A stretch of 64,000 bases of DNA from NCBI GenBank assembly GCA_965178125.1, contig OZ237745.1, forward strand, positions 868,001-932,000, in the 5' to 3' direction. Origin of the DNA: Bilabrum cf. latius. Its lineage: Eukaryota. The translations under genes and the position numbers were made by a program. The notes beneath the pieces are model-generated. The model was not told the origin of the DNA. It was given only the letters and a program-made list of their open reading frames with translations, and did not search any database. This document shows positions 1 to 11,184 of this stretch, one piece after another. Position 1 is the first letter of the stretch. Each line of letters begins with the position of its first letter.

Positions 1-1
1 G

Positions 2-2558
2 TGTCATCAAGAGAAGCATCGCGATTCGCCTGGAGCCGCCGCTGGAGCTACCGCTCGAGCCAGCAAATCCGGAGCTGCCGCCGGAGCCGCCTTCGAAGGG
101 TGCGTCAGGACGGGCTGCTTCCGGGCGGTAGACGACGAGTCGGCCGAGGGCAGGCTGCACAGCAGCCTGCCCATGCGCGCCCTCCGGGTCGTGTACATCT
201 GCTGCGCCGCCAAGAAGAGGAACCAGGAGGGGCGCATCGAGGACGGGATGCAGTGGCTGGAGTCTCGCGGCCTGCTGGTGTCTGGCGGAGGCGGCCTCGG
301 CCACAAGGCGGGCCGCTGGGATTCGAGCACGCGAGGCAAAGGCAAAGGGAAAGGGAAAGGCAAGGGGAAGGCCGGCAGGGGCGGCGGCAGGGGCAGCAGC
401 AGCACCGGCGGCCTGCAGAGGCCCCGCCTCTGCGTCGTGACGCACGCGAGCGACCCCGATCGCATGCTCACGCACTCGCACGGATTCCTGGCAGTGGGGA
501 ACGAGAGGCTCTTCGATGGCGACGGGCACGGTGTCAGCTGCTGCAAGATGGGCAACGACTACGCGGAGGCCCAGGAGGCCGCGACGGCGGCGGCCGCCAG
601 GACAAGGGCCGGCGCGATGCCCCTCGCCCCCGACCAGAGCAAGGCCAGCGGCGATCATCACGATGCAACGAGCGAGGTGCTCGCGGGCCTGGTCGGGTTC
701 ATGAAGCTTCGCCTGCGGGGGCTCACCAAGTCGACAGGGCCGTTCAGGGCCATGGTGGACAGGATGCAGGGCCTGGTGGCACCAGAGCAGGCCGGCGGTG
801 CGGAAGAGGACGCCGGCCGGGCGGAGAAGCGGCACGTGCTGGTCCTTGCCGCCCTGCAAATCGCGGGGATCAAGGACGGAGGCAGCTGCCCTAGCTGCCC
901 CGCTCGAATCGCAGACGCGCTGGAGCGGGCCGAGAGAGCGGCGCCGGCCGGCAGCTTCGCCGAGGGAAGAAGGGTGGACGTGCTCAGGCCCATCGTGGGC
1001 GGAAACGCGCAGCCGTACGAGGCTCTGCAGCAGAAGGTCAAAGGCTCCTCGGGCAAGACCAACCGCCTCGCAGGGGACTGGATGTCACCGGGCGGGATCA
1101 AGGTGAAGGTCTTCAGGCGGGTCCTCCGCTTCTTCCTGCTCGGGGGAAGCGGGCCGAGCGAGGGGTCCCAGGGAGGTGCCGGCTCCGCCGCCCCCGGCAC
1201 TGGGGCCAGCAGGGCACGCGTCCTGGACCAGAAGCAACTCCTGGCGAGCCGCGCGTACGTGGACTTCGAGGACCCCTGGGCGCAAGACGGGGCCACGAGC
1301 CACAAGATCAGCTCGGTGTCGTGCTTCGACGCACGCGTCCTGGGGTCATCGCTGGAGCTCGAGCTGGAGGCGGAGGCGGAGGCGGAGGCGGCCGGACCCA
1401 GCTCCAGCTCCAGCTCCAGCTCCAGCTCCAGCTCCAGCTCCAGCTCGAGCGGATCTGTCGAGCCGGAGGAGCTGTCGGTCAGGGAGATACTCGGCCGGCT
1501 GGGCGACGAACCAGCGGGCGCAGACGACCGCGAGCCGGACCGGCTGGTGTGGTCGGCCAACATGATGCACACGAGGCTGCCCCACCCGGATGCCGCCAGT
1601 TTCTGGGAAGCGAAGGTTCCCTGCGTCTTCCTGCAGCTGGACAGCAGCGTCGCGGGCGTGTGGGCCGTCACCCGCAAGCAGAGCGGGCGGACGGCAGCGC
1701 CGGCAGGGGGGTTGGCGGCGGGGGCGGGGGCCGCCGCAGCAGCAGCAGGGCCGGCACCTTCGGCATCATCGTCGGCATCTTCTTCGGCAGCGCGTTCGGT
1801 CATCCCGCTGCCGCCAGAGGTGCCTGGCCGCGAGGGCATTCCTCTCGCACCGGCCTGCCGGCCTAGCGTGCAGCGCAACATCAACCGCATCGTGCTGGCC
1901 TGCGCGGCGACCAACCGCCGCTAGGTGCAGCAGCTGCTCGTGGTGCGGCTGCCGGACGGGTCGCGCGCGCTCCTCGCCGTGGCCATGGGCACGCGGGTCG
2001 CTTCCGTGCTGCGGTCGGTGCCCAGCGGGGGCACGGCCGAGGGCATGGGCATGGGCACGGCCGGGGGCAAGGGCAAGGGCGCGACCGGGGGCAAGGCGGC
2101 CGCAGCAAGTGCCGGCGAAGCCGCCCGGCGGCTCCTCGGGTTCTTCTCCAGACCCAGCGGGAAGCAATCCACTCCGGCAGGCGCGGCGGGCGCGGCGGGC
2201 GCGGCGGGCGCGGCGGGCGCGGCGGGCGCGGCGGGGTGGCGAGGTCGGGCACAAGCGGGGGCGCGAGCGCGAGGCGGGCGCCTCTGCCACCGGCATCCCC
2301 GAGGTTCGGTCCGAGGTTCCGGTTCGCCCCGGGAGTCTGTTCCTGGCCTCGGCCTCGCAGAGGGCCGCCTGGCGGCGCGGCGAGCGAGATGGGCACGGTG
2401 GGCTGCCGAATGCAGGAGGCGAGGAATCCGGATCCGACTCTACGTCCTACCGGCTCGGGCATCGCAAGGGACGCGCGCGCAGGGCAGCCAACGAGGAGGC
2501 TGCCACCGGAGGAGACTCGGAGGGAGCGGGTGACGCGCTCGACGGCGACGGACGCTGA
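2..2558 (+). CDS. Hypothetical protein, 5'-partial, low-complexity rich
   Basis: Frame is open from position 2 through ORF 173..1924 and continues across TAG 1922-1924 into ORF 1925..2533 (ATNRR*VQQLLVVRL). The 3' end is uncertain: TGA at 2531-2533 in the same frame, or TGA at 2556-2558 if the G run at 2233-2236 contains a 1-nt indel. No family recognised. Confidence 0.6.
1401..1446 (+). repeat. (AGCTCC)n coding microsatellite, poly-Ser
   Basis: Perfect hexamer tandem, in frame as a poly-Ser run. Confidence 0.9.
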
Positions 2559-3043
2559 GGATTGGGAAGGCAGCGTGGGAGGGTCGCGGTGGATAGGCCG
2601 GGGATGATGTGCAAATTCCGCGTTGCATTGCTTGAGTACACAACGTCTTGATGAATCCATCCGCGCGCATCGAGGAATCCACGGGTGCCCGAGACGCCCG
2701 TGCACCACCTCTCCGTCGGAACGCATGCATGCCCCAAAGCGGTCGGGCGCGTCTCGTGCGCCCCTCTTCGAGCCGTGAACTATAGCCCATCGTCGGGGCG
2801 ACACATTCCCGCCAGTTGTTGTCAATTCGCAATGTTCGACGCGGCCGCAGCGTCCAATTCCGACATTAGGGGTTGTTTCTTCGTGGAAGTGATTCAAAAC
2901 CGAACGGAATGATCTTTTTTATCAACGGCTGTGGTGATAATTTCTTCAGACAAGTGAGATGTGAATGGAAAGGGAAAAATTATCGACGGATATTCAAATT
3001 ACTACCACGGTTTTGTATGTCTTATTTCTGCGATCCTGTTTAA

Positions 3044-3116
3044 CGCGTTGGAGCTCCGTTGGTAGAGCGCGAGGCTCATAACCTCGAGGTCCCTGGTTCG
3101 ATCCCCGGCAACGCGC
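3044..3116 (+). tRNA. tRNA with CAT anticodon (Met), atypical core
   Basis: Cloverleaf: acceptor CGCGTTG/CAACGCG, D-stem GCTC/GAGC, anticodon stem CGAGG/CCTCG with loop CTCATAA (CAT 3077-3079), variable loop AGGTC, T-loop TTCGATC, followed by TTTT. Deviations: G8 and C14 in place of U8 and A14, one T-stem mismatch, C discriminator. Confidence 0.8.
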
Positions 3117-3164
3117 TTTTATTTTCACATTATTTTTTTATTTTTATTTTTATTTTTATTTTTT
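3117..3164 (+). terminator. Oligo-T Pol III terminator and (TTTTTA)n tract
   Basis: T runs begin immediately after the tRNA 3' end. Confidence 0.6.
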
Positions 3165-3401
3165 CAGTTTTCAATCCATTCTATCCCTTTGCTGAGCATC
3201 GAATTGTCATTGCCAGCGTCGCCAGCCTCATTTTTTGAAACTTTACATCAATTGATGTGCATGTCGGTGCGCGGTTTGATTGGTACGCGGCGCCCTGCGC
3301 AGTGAGTGGCATCGGTTCCAGATTTAAAGGCCACTTTTCTCAGCTCCTACCGAGCAGTTGTCTTGGCAAATTCAGATACATAGTAAGTTACAGACCACTA
3401 T

Positions 3402-6400
3402 GTGGGGCGGGCCTCCGGGCCATGGAGGGCGATGCCTGGGGCAGACCTGCAGGCCATAGAGGGACAGAGGGTGATGCCTGGGGGCAGGCCTCCGGGCCAT
3501 GGAGGGACGGAGGGCGATGCCTGGGGCAGGCCTCCGGGCCATGGAGGGCGATGCCTGGGGCAGGCCTCCGGGCCATGGAGGGTGATGCCGGGGGCAGGCC
3601 TCCGGGCCATGGAGGGACGGAGGGTGATGCCTGGGGCAGGCCTCCGGGCCATGGAGGGCGATGCCTGGGGCAGGCCTCCAGGCCATGGAGGGACGGAGGG
3701 CGATGCCTGGGGCAGGCCTCCGGGCCATGGAGGGACGGAGGGTGATGCCTGGGGCAGGCCTCCAGGCCATGGAGGGCGATGCCTGGGGCAGGCCTCCGGG
3801 CCATGGAGGGTGATGCCCGGGGGCAGGCCTCCGGGCCATGGAGGGACGGAGGGTGATGCCTGGGGCAGGCCTCCGGGCCATGGAGGGACGGAGGGCGATG
3901 CCCGGGGCAGGCCTCCGGGCCATGGAGGGACGGAGGGTGATGCCTGGGGCAGGCCTCCGGGCCATGGAGGGACGGAGGGTGATGCCTGGGGCAGGCCTCC
4001 AGGCCATGGAGGGCGATGCCTGGGGCAGGCCTCCGGGCCATGGAGGGTGATGCCTGGGGCAGGCCTCCGGGCCATGGAGGGTGATGCCTGGGGCAGGCCT
4101 CCGGGCCATGGAGGGACGGAGAGCGATGCCCGGGGCAGGCCTCCGGGCCATGGAGGGACGGAGGGCGATGCCTGGGGCAGGCCTCCGGGCCATGGAGGGT
4201 GATGCCCGGGGGCAGGCCTCCGGGCCATGGAGGGACGGAGGGTGATGCCTGGGGCAGGCCTCCGGGCCATGGAGGGACGGAGGGCGATGCCCGGGGCAGG
4301 CCTCCGGGCCATGGAGGGACGGAGGGTGATGCCTGGGGCAGGCCTCCGGGCCATGGAGGGACGGAGGGTGATGCCTGGGGCAGGCCTCCAGGCCATGGAG
4401 GGCGATGCCTGGGGCAGGCCTCCGGGCCATGGAGGGTGATGCCTGGGGGCAGGCCTCCAGGCCATGGAGGGACGGAGGGTGATGCCTGGGGCAGGCCTCC
4501 GGGCCATGGAGGGACGGAGGTCAATGCCTGGGGCAGGCCTCCAGGCCATGGAGGGTGATGCCTGGGGGCAGGCCTCCAGGCCATGGAGGGCGATGCCTGG
4601 GGCAGGCCTCCAGGCCATGGAGGGCGGTGCCCGGGGCAGGCCTCCAGGCTATGGAGGGCGATGCCTGGGGCAGGCCTCCGGGCCATGGAGGGACGGAGGG
4701 TGATGCCTGGGGCAGGCCTCCAGGCCATGGAGGGTGATGCCTGGGGGCAGGCCTCCAGGCCATGGAGGGCGATGCCTGGGGCAGGCCTCCGGGCCATGGA
4801 GGGACGGAGGGCGATGCCCGGGGGCAGGCCTCCGGGCCATGGAGGGACGGAGGGCGATGCCTGGGGCAGGCCTCCGGGCCATGGAGGGCGATGCCTGGGG
4901 CAGGCCTCCGGGCCATGGAGGGACGGAGGGCGATGCCTGGGGCAGGCCTCCGGGCCATGGAGGGACGGAGGGCGATGCCTGGGGCAGGCCTCCGGGCCAT
5001 GGAGGGACGGAGGGTGATGCCTGGGGCAGGCCTCCAGGCCATGGAGGGCGATGCCTGGGGCAGGCCTCCGGGCCATGGAGGGCGATGCCTGGGGCAGGCC
5101 TCCGGGCCATGGAGGGTGATGCCTGGGGCAGGCCTCCGGGCCATGGAGGGACGGAGGGCGATGCCCGGGGCAGGCCTCCGGGCCATGGAGGGACGGAGGG
5201 CGATGCCTGGGGCAGGCCTCCGGGCCATGGAGGGACGGAGGGTGATGCCTGGGGCAGGCCTCCAGGCCATGGAGGGCGATGCCTGGGGCAGGCCTCCGGG
5301 CCATGGAGGGCGATGCCTGGGCTAGGCCTCCAGGCCATGGAGGGCGATGCCCGGGGGCAGGCCTCCGGGCCATGGAGGGACGGAGGGTGATGCCTGGGGC
5401 AGGCCTCCGGGCCATGGAGGGACGGAGGGTGATGCCTGGGGCAGGCCTCCGGGCCATGGAGGGACGGAGGGCGATGCCCGGGGCAGGCCTCCGGGCCATG
5501 GAGGGACGGAGGGCGATGCCTGGGGCAGGCCTCCAGGCCATGGAGGGACGGAGGGCGATGCCTGGGGCAGGCCTCCGGGCCATGGAGGGCGATGCCTGGG
5601 GCAGGCCTCCAGGCCATGGAGGGCGATGCCTGGGGCAGGCCTCCGGGCCATGGAGGGCGATGCCCGGGGCAGGCCTCCGGGCCATGGAGGGACGGAGGGT
5701 GATGCCTGGGGCAGGCCTCCAGGCCATGGAGGGCGATGCCTGGGGGCAGGCCTCCAGGCCATGGAGGGACGGAGGTCAATGCCTGGGGCAGGCCTCCAGG
5801 CCATGGAGGGTGATGCCTGGGGGCAGGCCTCCAGGCTATGGAGGGCGATGCCTGGGGCAGGCCTCCGGGCCATGGAGGGACGGAGGGTGATGCCTGGGGC
5901 AGGCCTCCAGGCCATGGAGGGTGATGCCTGGGGGCAGGCCTCCAGGCCATGGAGGGCGATGCCTGGGGCAGGCCTTCGGGCCATGGAGGGACGGAGGTCG
6001 ATGCCCGGGGGCAGGCCTCCGGGCCATGGAGGGATGGAGGGCGATGCCTGGGGCAGGCCTCCGGGCCATGGAGGGCGATGCCTGGGGCAGGCCTCCGGGC
6101 CATGGAGGGACGGAGGGCGATGCCTGGGGCAGGCCTCCGGGCCATGGAGGGACGGAGGGCGATGCCCGGGGGCAGGCCTCCGGGCCATGGAGGGACGGAG
6201 GGCGATGCCTGGGGCAGGCCTCCGGGCCATGGAGGGACGGAGGGCGATGCCTGGGGCAGGCCTCCGGGCCATGGAGGGACGGAGGGCGATGCCTGGGGCA
6301 GGCCTCCAGGCCATGGAGGGCGATGCCTGGGGCAGGCCTCCGGGCCATGGAGGGACGGAGGGTGATGCCTGGGGCAGGCCTCCGGGCCATGGAGGGACGG

Positions 6401-8186
6401 AGGGCGATGCCCGGGGGCAGGCCTCCGGGCCATAGAGGGACGGAGGGCGATGCCTGGGGCAGGCCTCCGGGCCATGGAGGGACGGAGGGTGATGCCTGGG
6501 GCAGGCCTCCAGGCCATGGAGGGTGATGCCTGGGGGCAGGCCTCCAGGCCATGGAGGGCGATGCCTGGGGCAGGCCTCCGGGCCATGGAGGGACGGAGGG
6601 CGATGCCCGGGGGCAGGCCTCCGGGCCATGGAGGGATGGAGGGCGATGCCTGGGGCAGGCCTCCGGGCCATGGAGGGCGATGCCTGGGGCAGGCCTCCGG
6701 GCCACGGAGGGACGGAGGGCGATGCCTGGGGCAGGCCTCCGGGCCATGGAGGGACGGAGGGCGATGCCCGGGGGCAGGCCTCCGGGCCATGGAGGGACGG
6801 AGGGTGATGCCTGGGGCAGGCCTCCGGGCCATGGAGGGACGGAGGGCGATGCCTGGGGCAGGCCTCCAGGCCATGGAGGGACGGAGGGCGATGCCTGGGG
6901 CAGGCCTTCGGGCCATGGAGGGCGATGCCTGGGGCAGGCCTCCGGGCCATGGAGGGACGGAGGGCGATGCCTGGTGAAGGCCTACCGGGCCATGGAGGGC
7001 GATGCCTGGGGCAGGCCTCCGGGCCATGGAGGGACGGAGGGCGATGCCTGGTGAAGGCCTACCGGGCCATGGAGGGCGATGCCTGGGCTAGGCCTCCGGG
7101 CCATGGAGGGCGATGCCTGGGGCAGGCCTCCGGGCCATGGAGGGACGGAGGGCGATGCCTGGGGCAGGCCTTCGGGCCATGGAGGGCGATGCCTGGGCTA
7201 GGCCTCCAGGCCATGGAGGGCGATGCCTGGGGCAGGCCTCCGGGCCATGGAGGGCGATGCCTGGGGCAGGCCTCCGGGCCATGGAGGGACGGAGAGCGAT
7301 GCCTGGGGGCAGGCCTCCGGGCCATGGAGGGCGATGCCTGGGGCAGGCCTCCGGGCCATGGAGGGCGATGCCTGGGCTAGGCCTCCAGGCCATGGAGGGC
7401 GATGCCTGGGGCAGGCCTCCGGGCCATGGAGGGCGATGCCCGGGGCAGGCCTCCGGGCCATGGAGGGACGGAGGGCGATGCCTGGGCTAGGCCTCCAGGC
7501 CATGGAGGGCGATGCCTGGGGCAGGCCTCCGGGCCATGGAGGGCGATGCCTGGGGCAGGCCTCCGGGCCATGGAGGGACGGAGGGCGATGCCTGGGGGCA
7601 GGCCTCCGGGCCATGGAGGGCGATGCCTGGGGCAGGCCTCCGGGCCATGGAGGGCGATGCCTGGGCTAGGCCTCCAGGCCATGGAGGGCGATGCCTGGGG
7701 CAGGCCTCCAGGCCATGGAGGGCGATGCCTGGGGCAGGCCTCCGGGCCATGGAGGGACGGAGGGCGATGCCCGGGGCAGGCCTCCGGGCCATGGAGGGAC
7801 GGATGGCGATGCCTGGGGCAGGCCTTCGGGCCATGGAGGGCGATGCCTGGGGCAGGCCTCCGGGCCATGGAGGGACGGAGGGCGATGCCCGGGGGCAGGC
7901 CTCCAGGCCATGGAGGGACGGAGGGCGATGCCTGGGGCAGGCCTCCAGGCCATGGAGGGCGATGCCTGGGGCAGGCCTCCGGGCCATGGAGGGCGATGCC
8001 TGGGGCAGGCCTCCGGGCCATGGAGGGACGGAGGGCGATGCCCGGGGGCAGGCCTCCAGGCCATGGAGGGACGGAGGGCGATGCCTGGGGCAGGCCTTCG
8101 GGCCATGGAGGGCGATGCCTGGGGCAGGCCTCAGGGCCATGGAGGGACGGAGGGCGATGCCTGGGGCAGGCCTCCAGGCCATGGAG
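3402..8186. repeat. Satellite array 1, ~4.8 kb, 34/42-bp unit
   Basis: Unit GGAGGGCGATGCCTGGGGCAGGCCTCCGGGCCAT (34 bp), with an optional 8-bp GGAGGGAC duplication (42 bp) and an occasional extra G. More than 100 near-identical copies with no unique spacers. Confidence 0.97.
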
Positions 8187-8254
8187 TTACTGAGGGTGAT
8201 GGCGCTATGGTGGCCACCACGCAGAAGGCAGCTTTTAGGCACAACAATAACATG

Positions 8255-10540
8255 TGCGGGTGTGCTAGGCGTGTGGTAGTAGGTGTTCGATTCTGTTCTC
8301 AGGGCCGGCGGATGGGCTGTACATTGTTGAGGGGCGCTGTGGGCTGCACAGGTGCGGCTGTGCTGGGCGTGTGATAGTAGGTGTTCGATTCTGTCCTCAG
8401 GGCCGGCGGCTGTGCTGTACGCTGGTGAGGGGCGCTGTGGGCTGCACAGGTGCGGCTGTGCTGGGCGTGTGGTAGTAGGTGTTCGATTCTGTCCCCAGGG
8501 CCGGCGGCTGTGCTGTACGTTGGTGAGGGGCGCTGTGGGGCTGCACAAGTGCGGCTGTGCTGTACGCTGGTGAGGGGCGCGGTGGGGCTGCACAGGTGCG
8601 GCTGTGCTGGGCGTGTGTTAGTAGGTGTTCGATTCTGTCCCCAGGGCCGGCGGCTGTGCTGTACGTTGGTGAGGGGCGCTGTGGGGCTGCACAAGTGCGG
8701 CTGTGCTGTACGCTGGTGAGGGGCGCGGTGGGGCTGCACAGGTGCGGCTGTGCTGGGCGTGTGGTAGTAGGTGTTCGATTCTGTCCCCAGGGCCGGCGGC
8801 TGTGCTGTACGTTGGTGAGGGGCGCTGTGGGGCTGCACAAGTGCGGCTGTGCTGGGCGTGTGATAGTAGGTATTCGATTCTGTCCTCAGGGCCGGCGGCT
8901 GTGCTGTACGTTGGTGAGGGGCGCGGTGGGGCTGCACAAGTGCGGCTGTGCTGGGCGTGTGGTAGTAGGTATTCGATTCTGTCCCCAGGGCCGGCGGCTG
9001 TGCTGTACGTTGGTGAGGGGCGCTGTGGGGCTGCACAAGTGCGGCTGTGCTGTACGTTGGTGAGGGGCGCGGTGGGGCTGCACAGGTGCGGCTGTGCTGG
9101 GCGTGTGGTAGTAGGTATTCGATTCTGTCCTCAGGGCCGGCGGCTGTGCTGTACGTTGGTGAGGGGCGCGGTGGGGCTGCACAAGTGCGGCTGTGCTGGG
9201 CGTGTGATAGTAGGTGTTCGATTCTGTCCCCATGGCCGGCGGCTGTGCTGTACGCTGGTGAGGGGCGCTGTGGGCTGCACAGGTGCGGCTGTGCTGGGCG
9301 TGTGATAGTAGGTGTTCGATTCTGTCCCCAGGGCCGGCGGCTGTGCTGTACGTTGGTGAGGGGCGCTGTGGGGCTGCACAAGTGCGGCTGTGCTGTACGT
9401 TGGTGAGGGGCGCGGTGGGGCTGCACAGGTGCGGCTGTGCTGGGCGTGTGTTAGTAGGTGTTCGATTCTGTCCCCAGGGCCGGCGGCTGTGCTGTACGTT
9501 GGTGAGGGGCGCTGTGGGGCTGCACAAGTGCGGCTGTGCTGGGCGTGTGGTAGTAGGTATTCGATTCTGTCCCCAGGGCCGGCGGCTGTGCTGTACGTTG
9601 GTGAGGGGCGCGGTGGGCTGCACAAGTGCGGCTGTGCTGGGCGTGTGATAGTAGGTGTTCGATTCTGTCCCCAGGGCCGGCGGCTGTGCTGTACGCTGGT
9701 GAGGGGCGCTGTGGGCTGCACAGGTGCGGCTGTGCTGGGCGTGTGGTAGTAGGTGTTCGATTCTGTCCCCAGGGCCGGCGGCTGTGCTGTACGCTGGTGA
9801 GGGGCGCTGTGGGCTGCACAGGTGCGGCTGTGCTGGGCGTGTGGTAGTAGGTGTTCGATTCTGTCCCCAGGGCCGGCGGCTGTGCTGTACGTTGGTGAGG
9901 GGCGCTGTGGGGCTGCACAAGTGCGGCTGTGCTGTACGCTGGTGAGGGGCGCGGTGGGGCTGCACAGGTGCGGCTGTGCTGGGCGTGTGGTAGTAGGTGT
10001 TCGATTCTGTCCCCAGGGCCGGCGGCTGTGCTGTACGTTGGTGAGGGGCGCTGTGGGGCTGCACAAGTGCGGCTGTGCTGTACGTTGGTGAGGGGCGCGG
10101 TGGGGCTGCACAGGTGCGGCTGTGCTGGGCGTGTGGTAGTAGGTGTTCGATTCTGTCCCCAGGGCCGGCGGCTGTGCTGTACGTTGGTGAGGGGCGCTGT
10201 GGGGCTGCACAAGTGCGGCTGTGCTGTACGCTGGTGAGGGGCGCGGTGGGGCTGCACAGGTGCGGCTGTGCTGGGCGTGTGGTAGTAGGTATTCGATTCT
10301 GTCCTCAGGGCCGGCGGCTGTGCTGTACGTTGGTGAGGGGCGCTGTGGGGCTGCACAAGTGCGGCTGTGCTGTACGTTGGTGAGGGGCGCGGTGGGGCTG
10401 CACAGGTGCGGCTGTGCTGGGCGTGTGATAGTAGGTGTTCGATTCTGTCCTCAGGGCCGGCGGCTGTGCTGTACGCTGGTGAGGGGCGCGGTGGGGCTGC
10501 AGATGCGGGTGTGCTGTACGTTGGTGGGGACGTGCGCGAT
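8255..10540. repeat. Satellite array 2, ~2.3 kb, composite 52-bp A plus 46/47-bp B subunits (AB = 98/99 bp, ABB = 146 bp)
   Basis: A = GCTGTGCTGGGCGTGTGGTAGTAGGTGTTCGATTCTGTCCCCAGGGCCGGCG; B = GCTGTGCTGTACGTTGGTGAGGGGCGCTGTGGGGCTGCACAAGTGCG. About 19 A copies. The 98 and 146 periodicities also show in the ORF-track offsets. Confidence 0.97.
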
Positions 10541-11184
10541 GTGCTAGTTCTGTAACAGAACTTCTGTTTGTGTTACGTTTGTAGGTCTGCGGAATGATGG
10601 CCTAGTTGTGCGGCTGATTACTGTATTGAATTAGTCTTGTTGGCCAGGTCTACCAGTATATCGTTGCGGTAATTCGACGGCTGGATCCAACGATCTGTCT
10701 CATCTAGCCAGATCCGTGCAATAGGGCTATATACAGTACAGCCAACCTTATCTGCTGTCACGTTCAAGTCAGCCCTAGCGGGTATTCAATACTGCTGCTG
10801 CCACCGGTCCCACTGAGCCTTTCAACTAGGCCGCCTCATTCCGCGCTCCTCTGCGTCCGCCGTCGAGTGCGGCAGCATCCTCTCACTTTAAGTCTCTGAT
10901 GGTAGCGGCTGGCGTCGGCGCCGCCTCCTCGACGGCCGCCTTCCGCGCACTTGACGAGCGGTGAGGACAGGTCGGCTGGGCAGCAGATGCCGAGGAAAAG
11001 AAAGAGGAGGAGTGGGAGGAGGGCGACCCGTTGCCTCGCAGTGCCACGCCCGCCAGCTCACGCCTCGCCGCCAGCACACCCCTTCGGGCATGTGCCTGCG
11101 CCTGGCTGCGAGGCAGCACCTCCGGGTGGATGCCCCGCGCCTCCGCCACCACGGCGTCACCCAGCGCCGTGTGGAACGCGCTCA

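Noticed and set aside
3044-3116. The tRNA as the UAG decoder
   Set aside because: Its anticodon is CAT, not CTA. No CUA tRNA was seen in this window.
3402-10540. CRISPR array
   Set aside because: Units are contiguous tandem repeats with no unique spacers, there are no cas genes, and the context is eukaryotic.
3372-10547. Long ORFs (up to 792 aa) within the satellites
   Set aside because: They are by-products of stop-poor GC-rich repeats: open in several frames on both strands, with frames shifting as unit length changes.
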